From positions 128,001 to 192,000 of the forward strand of contig CAVPSB010000015.1 in assembly GCA_963708025.1 (NCBI GenBank): a DNA stretch of 64,000 bases. Direction: 5' to 3'. The notes under the pieces are model-generated. The model saw only the letters and a list, made by a program, of their open reading frames with translations, searched no databases and was not told where the DNA came from. This stretch comes from an uncultured Candidatus Rokubacteria bacterium (GTDB lineage Bacteria; Methylomirabilota; Methylomirabilia; Rokubacteriales; DASRDR01). The first letter of the stretch is position 1, and the number at the start of each line of letters is the position of its first letter. Of this stretch, positions 10,577-19,846 are shown piece by piece. A program made the translations under genes and the position numbers.

Positions 10577-11998
10577 TCACGGGGTGGCGAAGAAGCGCCG
10601 GAGCGCCTGGTAGTCGGGGCGCGCCCGCTTGGCGCGAATCACGCGTTCCGCTGCGACCGGGGTGTCCGGCCGTAGCACGTCGATGCGGCGGACATCGTGG
10701 CGGTTCGGGGTCATCAGGCTCGAGCCGTCGAGGCCGTGGCAGGTCATGCAGACGGTCGCGGCCGGCTGGAGGGTGCTCCCCGGCGGCCGCCCGAAGGCCA
10801 CGAAGCCGGCGGGGACGGGAGCGTCGGCCTCGAGCAGCTGGAGGCCTCCGCTCGGGCGGGGGTGCGCGGCGAGCGCCTGGCGGGTCGCATGGAGCACCTG
10901 GACCGGGAGGTCGTCGAGGTCGAATCGGCCGTCCGCGCCCGGCTCCACGGGTCGCACGTCACGGACCTGGATGCCGACGACGAGAGGGGTGGCGACCAGC
11001 TCGCCGCTCGAAGCCAGCGCCAGCACGCTCTCCACGAGCAGAACGCGACTTCCGGGGGCGAGCAGCCGGCCCCACCGGACGCAGGCGGGCCCCTCGCCCT
11101 GGTCCCGGAAGAACCCGCGTTCGAGACAGGCTGCCCCCCCGGCGGACTCCGGGCTCCGGACGAGCACGCGGAACGCCTGCCGGTGGCCGGCGGTGGCGGC
11201 GTGAGTCGTCGTCTCCTCCCCCCGGGCGCCGCTGACCAGCAGCTCCCGCCACCCGGCATCGCCGGCGAAGGCGTCGGGAACGGCCTGCGGGTAGGCGCGG
11301 ACGACTTCGGCCCAGTTCGACCGCAGCGCGGTCAGCTCCTCCGGCCGTGGCGCCAGGCGCGCGATCGTCCGCCCGAGGAGGTCGAGCAGGCGCGCCCGTC
11401 GATCGCGGGTCGCCGCGCCACGACGACTTCCGTCGAGCGCGTAGAGGGCGTCGAACCGGCTCCAGAGGTCGTGCTGGAAGAGGATGCGTGCCTCGAGGCT
11501 CGGCACCGCTGGCTCGGCCGTGCTCGTGACGGCGGTCAGCGCCGCCGTCAGGCGACGGAAGCGCTCCGGCTTCAGGAGGAACCGAACGTCGCGGTCGAGG
11601 AGCAACTCGGGCGTGTCGCCTCCCTCGAGCCGGGTGATCGGCGTGCAGGGTCCTCCGAACCGGCGCCGGTAGTACTCGTGGATGGCGGCCCGGCGTGCTT
11701 CGTCGCTCGCCGCGGCGTCGAGGTCGGGCGGCCCGACCGGTCCCGGTCCGTCCGCATAGAAGCGCGACACACAGGCGGAGACGGGCGACGTGAAGAGGAG
11801 GTGGACGACACGGTTCCACGGATGCTCGGGGTCGGGAGCGTAGATCGGCACCGGCCGGTCGGCAACCAGCGAGCCGCGCAGCAGGCCGGATGCATGATGG
11901 ACCGGCGGCCCGGCCGTGGCGGCAAAGGCCATAGCGAGCCCGGCGGGAACGAGGATGCACGCCAGGCGCGCGCACTGCGCGATCCGCCGCGCTTGCAT
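10577..11998 (-). CDS. Secreted hypothetical protein with a single C-terminal CxxCH heme-binding motif
   Basis: N-terminal signal peptide; CMTCH near C-terminus. Confidence 0.65.
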   Translation of the reverse strand: MQARRIAQCARLACILVPAGLAMAFAATAGPPVHHASGLLRGSLVADRPVPIYAPDPEHPWNRVVHLLFTSPVSACVSRFYADGPGPVGPPDLDAAASDEARRAAIHEYYRRRFGGPCTPITRLEGGDTPELLLDRDVRFLLKPERFRRLTAALTAVTSTAEPAVPSLEARILFQHDLWSRFDALYALDGSRRGAATRDRRARLLDLLGRTIARLAPRPEELTALRSNWAEVVRAYPQAVPDAFAGDAGWRELLVSGARGEETTTHAATAGHRQAFRVLVRSPESAGGAACLERGFFRDQGEGPACVRWGRLLAPGSRVLLVESVLALASSGELVATPLVVGIQVRDVRPVEPGADGRFDLDDLPVQVLHATRQALAAHPRPSGGLQLLEADAPVPAGFVAFGRPPGSTLQPAATVCMTCHGLDGSSLMTPNRHDVRRIDVLRPDTPVAAERVIRAKRARPDYQALRRFFATP

Positions 11999-12068
11999 TG
12001 AAATCAGAGGGACTTCAGCTTGGTGAAGTCGAGGTCATCATCGTGGGTCACGGTACGTGGCGGTCGGG

Positions 12069-12512
12069 CTACTGACGCTCGCACTCGCCGACTCTCACCG
12101 CGATCTGCGTCTCGGACATCGTCATGTTCTTGCCACCCATCTGCATCCGGATGGCTCCCCGATAACCGCCGGCAGTAGGTTCGAACTCGGCTTCCCCGCT
12201 GGCCGCATTCGGCCCCGGACAGTGGATCCGGTAGCGGGCCGTGGTGCCAGCAGCCGCGAAGTCGGCCAGTGCGCACGATCGGATCGGATTCTCGCTCCGC
12301 ACGAAGAACGCCTGCCCGGACTCGATCTCGGTGGCGGTCAGGCAGCGCCTGAACCGACTGGACGGCCCGACCTGGAGCACGTTGGGCAGGTTGACGCGCA
12401 CCTCGATCTCGTAGAGCCCGGGGGCTACGGCCAGCGGCCCGGCCGCCGTCGGGATCGCCCCGACCGTGACCAACAGCCACAGGAGCCCGGGAAGCCTCAG
12501 GTAGTGCCCCAC
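12069..12512 (-). CDS. DUF3617-like secreted protein
   Basis: Signal peptide, PGLYEI, CLT, paired Cys, terminal RVGEC. Confidence 0.7.
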   Translation of the reverse strand: MGHYLRLPGLLWLLVTVGAIPTAAGPLAVAPGLYEIEVRVNLPNVLQVGPSSRFRRCLTATEIESGQAFFVRSENPIRSCALADFAAAGTTARYRIHCPGPNAASGEAEFEPTAGGYRGAIRMQMGGKNMTMSETQIAVRVGECERQ

Positions 12513-12516
12513 ACGA

Positions 12517-13428
12517 CTACACCGGCGCCTCGGGGCTGGAGGCGGCGAGGAAGGCGTAGACCGACGAGACGTCCTTGCGCCCGTAACCGTGCGTGGAGGC
12601 CAGCCGGAGGAGCTGCAGGGCCGCCGAGGACACCGCCACCGGGACGCGCAGCTCGCGGGCGGCGTTGACGGCCAGCCCCAGATCCTTGCACATCAGGTCG
12701 ACCATGAACCCGGGGGCGTAGTCGCGGCTGGAGGCGGCCTGGGGCACGATGCCGGGCACCGGGTGGCCGTGCTCCATGATCCAGGTGGCGCCCGACGAGC
12801 TGGCGATCACCCGGGTCAGGACCTTCGGGTCGAGGCCGAATCCCTCGGCGATGCGGAAGGCCTCGCTCACCGCCACCGTCGCCACGCCGGCGATCAGGTT
12901 GTTGCAGAGCTTGGCGGCCTCGCCGGCGCCCACCGGCCCCACGTGGACGATGGTCGCGCCCATGGCGGCCAGCGCCGGCCGGGCTTCCTCGAGATCCGCG
13001 GCGTCGCCGCCGACCATGATGGCCAGCGTCCCCTTCTCGGCCCCGCCCACGCCGCCCGAGACCGGCGCGTCGATGAAGCGCACCCCTCGCTCGGAGAGCC
13101 GCGCCGCCACCCGCCGCGAGGTGGCCGGGTCGATCGTGGACATGTCCACGCACAGCCGGCCGGTCGGGACGCCTTCCAGCACCCCGCCCGCGCCGAGGTA
13201 GGCGCTCTCGACGTGGGACGCCGAGGGCAGCATGGTGATGACCAGATCGCACTGCCCGGCCAGGGCAGCGGCCGAGCCCACCGGCGTGGCGCCCAGCCCG
13301 GCCGCCGCCGCCAGCGCCGCCGGCTCGAGGTCGTAGGCCACCACGCCGAACCCCTTCCGGACGAGGTTTCCGACCATGGGGCGGCCCATGTTCCCGGTGC
13401 CGATGAACCCGACCTTCACCTGTGGCAT
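12517..13428 (-). CDS. mmsB: 3-hydroxyisobutyrate dehydrogenase family
   Basis: GFIGTGNMGRPM, DAPVSGG, AKLCNN, SSRDYAPGFMVDLMCKDLGLA. Confidence 0.85.
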   Translation of the reverse strand: MPQVKVGFIGTGNMGRPMVGNLVRKGFGVVAYDLEPAALAAAAGLGATPVGSAAALAGQCDLVITMLPSASHVESAYLGAGGVLEGVPTGRLCVDMSTIDPATSRRVAARLSERGVRFIDAPVSGGVGGAEKGTLAIMVGGDAADLEEARPALAAMGATIVHVGPVGAGEAAKLCNNLIAGVATVAVSEAFRIAEGFGLDPKVLTRVIASSSGATWIMEHGHPVPGIVPQAASSRDYAPGFMVDLMCKDLGLAVNAARELRVPVAVSSAALQLLRLASTHGYGRKDVSSVYAFLAASSPEAPV

Positions 13429-13566
13429 CGATGGACCCTCCGGTGTGCGATCGATGTGACGGTGGCGTGCGGTGCCCGGCCGGCTGGCTCACATGCTACA
13501 CTCCCTGGCACCCGGGCACTACCTGGACGCCGAGGACCCCTCGTACCGGAGCCGAAGGAGGTCGCG

Positions 13567-15132
13567 ATGAGACACGCGGCGTGGGTCTGGATTCTGGCTG
13601 CACTGGTCGTGCTGGGAACGGTCCCGGCGCCGGCGGTGGCGCAGCCGGGGGCGGCGGGGACCCTGGTGGTCGGCGTGGTCGCCGAGCCGGTGAACCTCGA
13701 CCCGGCCCAGGTCACCGACCTGAACTCGAACCGGGTCTCCCGGCGCATCGCCGAGACGCTGGTGGCGTTCGCCGAGGAGAGCACGCGGGTCGAGCCGCAC
13801 CTCGCCGAGTCCTGGACGATCTCCCGCGACGGGCTGACCTACACCTTCAAGCTCCGGAAGGGGATCAAGTTCCACGACGGCACGCCTTTCGACGCCGAGG
13901 CCGTCAAGTTCTCGATCGAGCGCCAGATCAACCCCGACCATCCCTTCAACAAGCTCGGCAAGTACCCGTTCGCCGGCTACTTCTTCGGCAACGTGAAGGC
14001 GGTCGAGGTGGTGGCCGACGACACGGTCCAGTTCGTCCTCAAGGAGCCGCGCGCCTCGTTTCTCTCGGTGCTGGCCGCCGGCGCCGCCTCGATCGTGAGC
14101 CCGACCGCGGCACGAAAGTACGGCGCCGACTACGCCCTGACCCCGGTCGGCACCGGGCCGTTCCGCTACGTGAGCTGGGACCGCGGCCAGCGGGTGGTCC
14201 TCGAGAAGAACCCCGGCTACTGGAAGTTCCCGGTGAAGCTCGACCGGGTGATCTACCGCCCGATCGTGGAGGACCAGGCGCGGCTGACCGAGCTGCTGAC
14301 CGGCTCGCTCGACCTCATCGTCGGGGTGCCCCCCGACTTCGTCGCCCAGCTCGAGGGCAACGCGAAGCTCGGCCTCCTCAAGCAGGTCGGCGCCCACGTC
14401 TGGTACCTCGGCATCAACAACCAGAAGAAGCCGCTCGACGACAAGCGGGTGCGCCAGGCGCTGAACTACGCGGTCAACAAGGAGGCGATCGTCAAGGACG
14501 TCCTCAAGGGGACGGGCGCGGTCTCGCGCGGCCCGGTCCTGCCCGACACCTGGGGCGCGGACCCCGCCCTCAAGGCCTACCCGTACGACCCCGAGCGGGC
14601 GAAGAAGCTCCTGGCCGAGGCCGGCTACCCGAGCGGCTTCTCGACGACCCTGTGGGTGCCCGAGTCCGGGTCGGGGATGCAGTCGCCGGTGGCGATGTCC
14701 ACGGTCATCCAGTCGAACCTGAAGGCGGTCGGGGTGAACGTGACGCTCCAGACCATGGAGTGGGGCGCCTTCCTGGCCAAGCTCCGGACCAAGGAGCAGG
14801 ACCTGTTCGCGCTGTCGTGGATGGCCGGCGCCGAAGACCCCGACCTCGTCATCTATCCCTTGCTGCACTCGAGCCAGTGGACACCGGGCGGGCCGAACCG
14901 GGCCCTCTACAAGAACACCCGGCTCGACGACCTCCTGCACCAGGCCCGCATCGTGACCGACCAGGCCAAGCGGGCCGAGCTCTACCGGGAGGCGCAGCGG
15001 ATCCTCGTCGAGGACCCCCCCTGGATCTTCATCGATCACGAGATCCAGATCGCGGCGTTCTCGCGGCGGGTCCAGGGGTTCAAGCTCCACCCGAGCTTCG
15101 ATCTTCGCGTGGAGACCATTTCCGTCCGGTAG
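13567..15132 (+). CDS. ABC transporter substrate-binding protein, family 5 (peptide/nickel)
   Basis: Signal peptide; LAESWTISRDGLTYTFKLRKGIKFHDG; PVGTGPF; RVRQALNYAVN. Confidence 0.92.
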   Translation: MRHAAWVWILAALVVLGTVPAPAVAQPGAAGTLVVGVVAEPVNLDPAQVTDLNSNRVSRRIAETLVAFAEESTRVEPHLAESWTISRDGLTYTFKLRKGIKFHDGTPFDAEAVKFSIERQINPDHPFNKLGKYPFAGYFFGNVKAVEVVADDTVQFVLKEPRASFLSVLAAGAASIVSPTAARKYGADYALTPVGTGPFRYVSWDRGQRVVLEKNPGYWKFPVKLDRVIYRPIVEDQARLTELLTGSLDLIVGVPPDFVAQLEGNAKLGLLKQVGAHVWYLGINNQKKPLDDKRVRQALNYAVNKEAIVKDVLKGTGAVSRGPVLPDTWGADPALKAYPYDPERAKKLLAEAGYPSGFSTTLWVPESGSGMQSPVAMSTVIQSNLKAVGVNVTLQTMEWGAFLAKLRTKEQDLFALSWMAGAEDPDLVIYPLLHSSQWTPGGPNRALYKNTRLDDLLHQARIVTDQAKRAELYREAQRILVEDPPWIFIDHEIQIAAFSRRVQGFKLHPSFDLRVETISVR

Positions 15133-15139
15133 CTCGATC

Positions 15140-16090
15140 GTGCGCCGTTACCTGACGCGACGGCTCCTTGCCCTGGTGCCGGTGCTGGCGGGGGCGTCGG
15201 TCGTGGTGTTCCTCGTCCTGCACCTCTCGCCGGGCGACCCGGCGGAGATCATGCTCGGCTCCCAGGCCACCCAGGAAGACCTGGCGCGCCTCCGCGCCGA
15301 GCTGGGGCTGACCGAGCCGCTCCCGGTCCAGTACTTCCGCTGGCTGGGCCACGTCCTCCAGGGCGACCTCGGCCGCTCGATCTGGACGAAGCGCCCCGTC
15401 CTCGGCGAGGTGCTCGGCCGGTTCCGCGCCACGCTGCTCCTGACGGCGAGCGCGCTCCTCCTCTCGACGGTCGGCGGGATCCTCCTCGGCATCGCGTCGG
15501 CCACCCGCCGCAACTCGTTCCTCGACCGGGTGAGCGCGGTCGTGTCGCTCTTCGGCGCCAGCATGCCGGTCTTCTGGCTCGGCATCGTGCTCATGGTGAC
15601 CTTCTCGCTCTGGCTGGGCTGGCTCCCGGCGTCGGGCATGTTCGCCCCCTACGGCGGCGGCGACCTCGGGGACCTCCTCGCCCACCTGGTCATGCCGGCG
15701 GTGACGCTGGCCGCCGCCTCCACCGCCATCGTCGCGCGGCTCACGCGCTCGAGCATGCTCGAGGTGCTGGGCCAGGACTACATCCGCACCGCGCGGTCGA
15801 AGGGGGTGGTCGAGCGGGCCGTGGTCGTGCGGCACGGCCTCTGGAACGCCCTCATGCCGATCGTGACCGTGATCGGCGTGCAGGCCGGCTATCTCCTGGG
15901 CGGCGCCGTGCTGACCGAGACGGTCTTCGCCTGGCCCGGGGTGGGCACCCTCATGATCCAGGGGATCCTGGCCCGGGACTTCCCGCTCGTACAGGGCTGT
16001 GTCCTCGTCATCGCCCTGACCTTCGCCCTCATCAACCTCGGCGTGGACCTCCTGTACGGCTATCTCGATCCACGGATCCGCTATGAGTAG
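15140..16090 (+). CDS. Peptide ABC permease (DppB/OppB)
   Basis: PGDPA, LQGDLGRS, DYIRTARSKG, DLLYGYLDPRIR. Confidence 0.93.
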   Translation: MRRYLTRRLLALVPVLAGASVVVFLVLHLSPGDPAEIMLGSQATQEDLARLRAELGLTEPLPVQYFRWLGHVLQGDLGRSIWTKRPVLGEVLGRFRATLLLTASALLLSTVGGILLGIASATRRNSFLDRVSAVVSLFGASMPVFWLGIVLMVTFSLWLGWLPASGMFAPYGGGDLGDLLAHLVMPAVTLAAASTAIVARLTRSSMLEVLGQDYIRTARSKGVVERAVVVRHGLWNALMPIVTVIGVQAGYLLGGAVLTETVFAWPGVGTLMIQGILARDFPLVQGCVLVIALTFALINLGVDLLYGYLDPRIRYE

Positions 16091-17090
16091 CACCGGGCTG
16101 ATCGGCCGGCGCAGCCTCGTGTCGGGCCTCGCCATCGCCATCGCCACTCGTCCGCGGCTGGTTCGCGCCCAGTCCGCCCGCATCCCCCGCGTCGGGGTCC
16201 TCGGCCCGGGCAGCTCGACCGAGCCGCCCACGTTCCAGCGTGAGCCGTTCGAGCGGGGCCTCCGGGAGCTCGGATGGACGCCGGGCTCGACGATCGTCCT
16301 CGAGTACCGGTACGCCGAGGGACGCGCCGAACGGCTGGGAGAGCTGGCGGCCGAGCTTGTCCGCCTGAAGGTGGACGTGATCGTGGCCCGCAGCGGGGTT
16401 GCCGTTCGGGCTGCCCAGCGCGCCACCGACGTCATCCCCATCGTCATGTCCTCAGCCGCCGATCCCGTCGCGGGTGGCTTGGTCAAGAGCCTCGCCCGGC
16501 CCGGCGGGAACATCACCGGGATCGCCAATCTCGTCCAGGAGCTGGAGGGCAAGCGTCTCGAGCTGCTGAAGGAAGCTATTCCCGGCCTGGCGCGCGTGGC
16601 CACGGTCGGGAACCCGTCCCAAGGTGCGGGCCTCCAGGCGCTCAGGGCCGAGCTCGCGGCCACTGGTCGTGCGCTGGGACTCGAGACCCAGCCCTTCGGA
16701 GTGAGCCGCGCGCAGGATCTCGGGGAGACGTTCGCGGCGATGAGCCGCGCCCGCGTGGGCGGCGTCCTCGTCCTCCCCGACACGCTCGTGCTGGAGCCGA
16801 ATCGCGCGCAGGTCGTCGAGCTGGCCGCCCGGTACCGCCTGCCGACGATTTACCCGTGGCGGTTCTACATCGACGCCGGCGGCCTCATGTCCTACGCGAC
16901 CAGTATTCCGGCATTTCATCACCGATCGGCGACCTACGTGGACCGGATCCTCCGGGGCGCCAGGCCCGGGGACCTGCCCATCGAGCAACCGACGAAGTTC
17001 GAGCTGGTGGTCAACGTCAAGACTGCGAAGGCGCTGGGCCTGACGATCCCGCGATCGATCGTCCTGCGGGCCGATGAGGTCATCGAGTGA
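16083..17090 (+). CDS. ABC substrate-binding protein, PF04392 (putative Trp/Tyr-binding) type
   Basis: SLARPGGNITG, KRLELLKE, PGDLPIEQPTKFELVVNVKTAKALGL, RADEVIE. Confidence 0.92.
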   Translation: MSSTGLIGRRSLVSGLAIAIATRPRLVRAQSARIPRVGVLGPGSSTEPPTFQREPFERGLRELGWTPGSTIVLEYRYAEGRAERLGELAAELVRLKVDVIVARSGVAVRAAQRATDVIPIVMSSAADPVAGGLVKSLARPGGNITGIANLVQELEGKRLELLKEAIPGLARVATVGNPSQGAGLQALRAELAATGRALGLETQPFGVSRAQDLGETFAAMSRARVGGVLVLPDTLVLEPNRAQVVELAARYRLPTIYPWRFYIDAGGLMSYATSIPAFHHRSATYVDRILRGARPGDLPIEQPTKFELVVNVKTAKALGLTIPRSIVLRADEVIE

Positions 17091-17129
17091 CGGCGCGCCG
17101 CGTGACACGGGCGTCCCGGACCGCCCGCC

Positions 17130-18056
17130 ATGAGTGAAGCGCCGGGGGCCGTCGGCGCCCGGCTCGGCGTGCTCGACGGACGGAGCGCCGTCTCGGCCGC
17201 CCGGGCCGAGATCACGACCCGCGCCGCGGCCCTGCGCCTCTTCGCTCGGAACCGCCTCGCCGCCGCCGCCGTCCTGGTCCTCGGCCTCGCGGTGGCGGCG
17301 GCGGTGCTGGCCCCCGGGCTGCCCCTGGCCGATCCCGACACGGTGGACACCGCGAACCGGCTCCAGCCCCCGCTCACGCCCGGCCACGCGCTCGGCACCG
17401 ACGAGTTCGGCCGCGACATGCTGAGCCGCCTCGTCTGGGGCGCCCGGGTGTCGCTCCTCGCGGGTTTCGGCACCGCGGCCCTGGCCATGCTGATCGGGGT
17501 GGGACTCGGCATCCTCGGCGGCTACCACACGGGGTGGATCGAGACGGTCGTCATGCGGCTGACCGACATCCTCATGGCGTTCCCGTACATCCTCCTCGCG
17601 ATCGCGATCGTCGCCGGCGTCGGCCCGGGACTCCGGAACGCCATGCTGGCGATCGCCATCGTCGGGTTCCCGTTCTACACGCGGCTGGTGCGGAGCGTGG
17701 TCCTCTCGCTCAAGGGGCGGGAGTTCGTCGAGGCCGCCCGCGCCCTCGGCAGCCCGGACCGCGCGATCCTGGTCCGCCACGTCCTCCCGCACCTCCTGTC
17801 CCCGCTGCTGGTCGCGTTCAGCCTCGACATCGGGGCGAAGATTCTGGCCACGGCGGGCCTCTCCTTCCTGGGGCTCGGGACCCAGCCACCGACCGCGGAC
17901 TGGGGCAGCATGCTGGCCACCGGGCGCCAGTTCGTCATCCTGCGGCCCCACGTGGCGCTGCTCCCGGGGCTCGCGATCTTCGTGGTGGTGGTGGCGACCA
18001 ACCTCGTCGGCGACGCCCTGCGCGACCTCCTCGACCCCCGCATCCGCACGAGCTGA
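17130..18056 (+). CDS. Peptide ABC permease (DppC/OppC)
   Basis: LGTDEFGRDML, FVEAARALG, LSFLGLG..PP..DWG, GDALRDLLDPR. Confidence 0.93.
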   Translation: MSEAPGAVGARLGVLDGRSAVSAARAEITTRAAALRLFARNRLAAAAVLVLGLAVAAAVLAPGLPLADPDTVDTANRLQPPLTPGHALGTDEFGRDMLSRLVWGARVSLLAGFGTAALAMLIGVGLGILGGYHTGWIETVVMRLTDILMAFPYILLAIAIVAGVGPGLRNAMLAIAIVGFPFYTRLVRSVVLSLKGREFVEAARALGSPDRAILVRHVLPHLLSPLLVAFSLDIGAKILATAGLSFLGLGTQPPTADWGSMLATGRQFVILRPHVALLPGLAIFVVVVATNLVGDALRDLLDPRIRTS

Positions 18057-18064
18057 CGGAATGC

Positions 18065-18415
18065 ATGCGACCGAGTTCTCCGATCGGTGCCGACCAAGGC
18101 CGAGACGGTCAAGTGCGGGTTCCTCCGGCACCCCCCTCCCCCCGGTGGGTGGGGGAGGGGGGCTGGGGGGGAGGGAGGGAGGTCTCGAAAATTAGGGAGG
18201 TCAAGATTACGTGCAGGATCGAAGCCGAGGAGGTCGACCTCCTGCTGGGCCTCGTGCGCCAGCGCTACGGGAGCCGCCTGACCGCCGCCGAGCTCGATGG
18301 CGTCCGCCAGGGGATCCAGTCGATCGTGACGGCGGTCCGGGCGCTCCGCGCGGTGCGGCTCCGGAACGCCGACGAGCCGATCCCGCCCTTCGTTCCGGTG
18401 CGGGAGGAGCCGTGA
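18065..18415 (+). CDS. Small amidase-partner protein (GatC/AtzG-like); start uncertain, 5' part contains repeat A
   Basis: Helical ...RYGSRLTAAELDGVRQGI...LRAVRLRNADEPIPPFVP; stop overlaps amidase GTG. Confidence 0.6.
   Translation: MRPSSPIGADQGRDGQVRVPPAPPSPRWVGEGGWGGGREVSKIREVKITCRIEAEEVDLLLGLVRQRYGSRLTAAELDGVRQGIQSIVTAVRALRAVRLRNADEPIPPFVPVREEP
18122..18188 (+). repeat. G-rich palindromic interspersed repeat, copy A
   Basis: CCTCCGGCACCCCCCTCCCCCCGGTGGGTGGGGGAGGGGGGCTGGGGGGGAGGGAGGGAGGTCTCGA, near-identical to 57164-57229 and to the reverse complement of 56048-56114. Confidence 0.9.
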
Positions 18416-19812
18416 GCCCCGATCCGGTGTTCGCGTCCGTCCGTCGGCTCGCGGAGCGGGTGGCGAGCCGCGGAATCTCGCCCGTCGCCCTGGCCGAGAC
18501 ATTCCTCGAGCGGCTCGAGACCCTGGGGCCGAAGTACAACGCCGTGGTCACCGTCACCCGCGACCGGGCGCTCGACGAGGCGCGGCGCGCCGAGCGCGAG
18601 ATCGCCGCGGGTCGCTGCCGCGGGCCGCTTCACGGGATCCCCTACGGCGCGAAGGACCTCCTGGCGACCGGGGGCGGCATCCCGACGTCCTGGGGGGCGG
18701 CCCCGCTGCGCGACCAGACCTTCGACGAGGACGCCACCGTCATCCGGAAGCTCGGGGAGGCCGGCGCGGTCCTCGTCGCCAAGCTGGCGATGGTCGAGCT
18801 GGCGGGGGGCGCGGGGTACCGCCAGCCGAACGCCTCGTTCACGGGACCCGGCGTCAACCCCTGGGACCCGAGCGCCTGGAGCGGCGGCTCCTCCAGCGGG
18901 TCGGGCGCCGCCGTCGCCGCCGGGCTCGTGCCCTTCGCCATCGGCTCGGAGACGGGCGGCTCCATCCTCTCGCCGGCCGGCAACTGCGGCGTCACCGGGC
19001 TCCGGCCGACCTACGGCCGCGTCAGCCGTCACGGGGCGATGGCGCTCGCCTGGAGCCTCGACAAGCTGGGCCCGCTCGGGCTCACGGCGGACGACTGTGG
19101 CCTCGTCCTCGACGCCGTCGCCGGGCCCGACCCGGCCGATCCCTCGGCGACCGGCCGCCCGTTCCGCTACGAGGCCGCGGATCAGCATGGCCGGCGCTTC
19201 CGGTTCGGCGTCCTCCGGGGCGTGGCGGAGGGCTGCGAGGAGGGCGTCCGGGCGAGCTTCGCCGGCTCGCTGGCCGTGCTCGAGCGGATCGGCACCATCG
19301 AGGAGGTCGTGCTGCCGGACCTGCCCTACGAGCCGATCATGCGGATCGTCCTGCAGGTCGAGGCTGCCAGCGCCTTCGAGGATCTCGTGGAGGACGGGGT
19401 GATCGCGCGCCTGACGGCGCCCGAGGACCGGTACCTGTCGTACGGCCGCGACGCGATCCTCGCCAAGGACTACGTCAAGGCGCTCCGCCTGCGGGGCGTC
19501 GTGGCCCGCGAGGTCGATCGGGTCCTCGCGCGGCTCGACGCCCTCCTGGGGCCGGGCCGGCCCGCGGTGGCCACCCGCCTCGACCAGGACTTCCGCGCCG
19601 CGCTCGGGAGCGGCGCCCGCGACCCCATGGGCGCCATCGGCAACGTCGCCGGCCTGCCCGCCGTCATCGTGCCGAACGGCATCGGCGATCGCGGGCTGCC
19701 GACGAGTCTCCAGTTCCTGGGCCGCGCCTACGAGGAGAACACGATCCTGGCCGCCGCCCGCGCCTTCCAGGCGCTCACCGACTGGCACCAGCGGCACCCG
19801 CCGGCAGGGTAG
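18412..19812 (+). CDS. Amidase (amidase signature family)
   Basis: GPLHGIPYGAKD, GGSSSGSGAAV, GSETGGSI, GLRPTYGRVS. Confidence 0.92.
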   Translation: MSPDPVFASVRRLAERVASRGISPVALAETFLERLETLGPKYNAVVTVTRDRALDEARRAEREIAAGRCRGPLHGIPYGAKDLLATGGGIPTSWGAAPLRDQTFDEDATVIRKLGEAGAVLVAKLAMVELAGGAGYRQPNASFTGPGVNPWDPSAWSGGSSSGSGAAVAAGLVPFAIGSETGGSILSPAGNCGVTGLRPTYGRVSRHGAMALAWSLDKLGPLGLTADDCGLVLDAVAGPDPADPSATGRPFRYEAADQHGRRFRFGVLRGVAEGCEEGVRASFAGSLAVLERIGTIEEVVLPDLPYEPIMRIVLQVEAASAFEDLVEDGVIARLTAPEDRYLSYGRDAILAKDYVKALRLRGVVAREVDRVLARLDALLGPGRPAVATRLDQDFRAALGSGARDPMGAIGNVAGLPAVIVPNGIGDRGLPTSLQFLGRAYEENTILAAARAFQALTDWHQRHPPAG

Positions 19813-19846
19813 GGTGCCGCGCCGATTCCCACCGAGGAGGAGTGAC

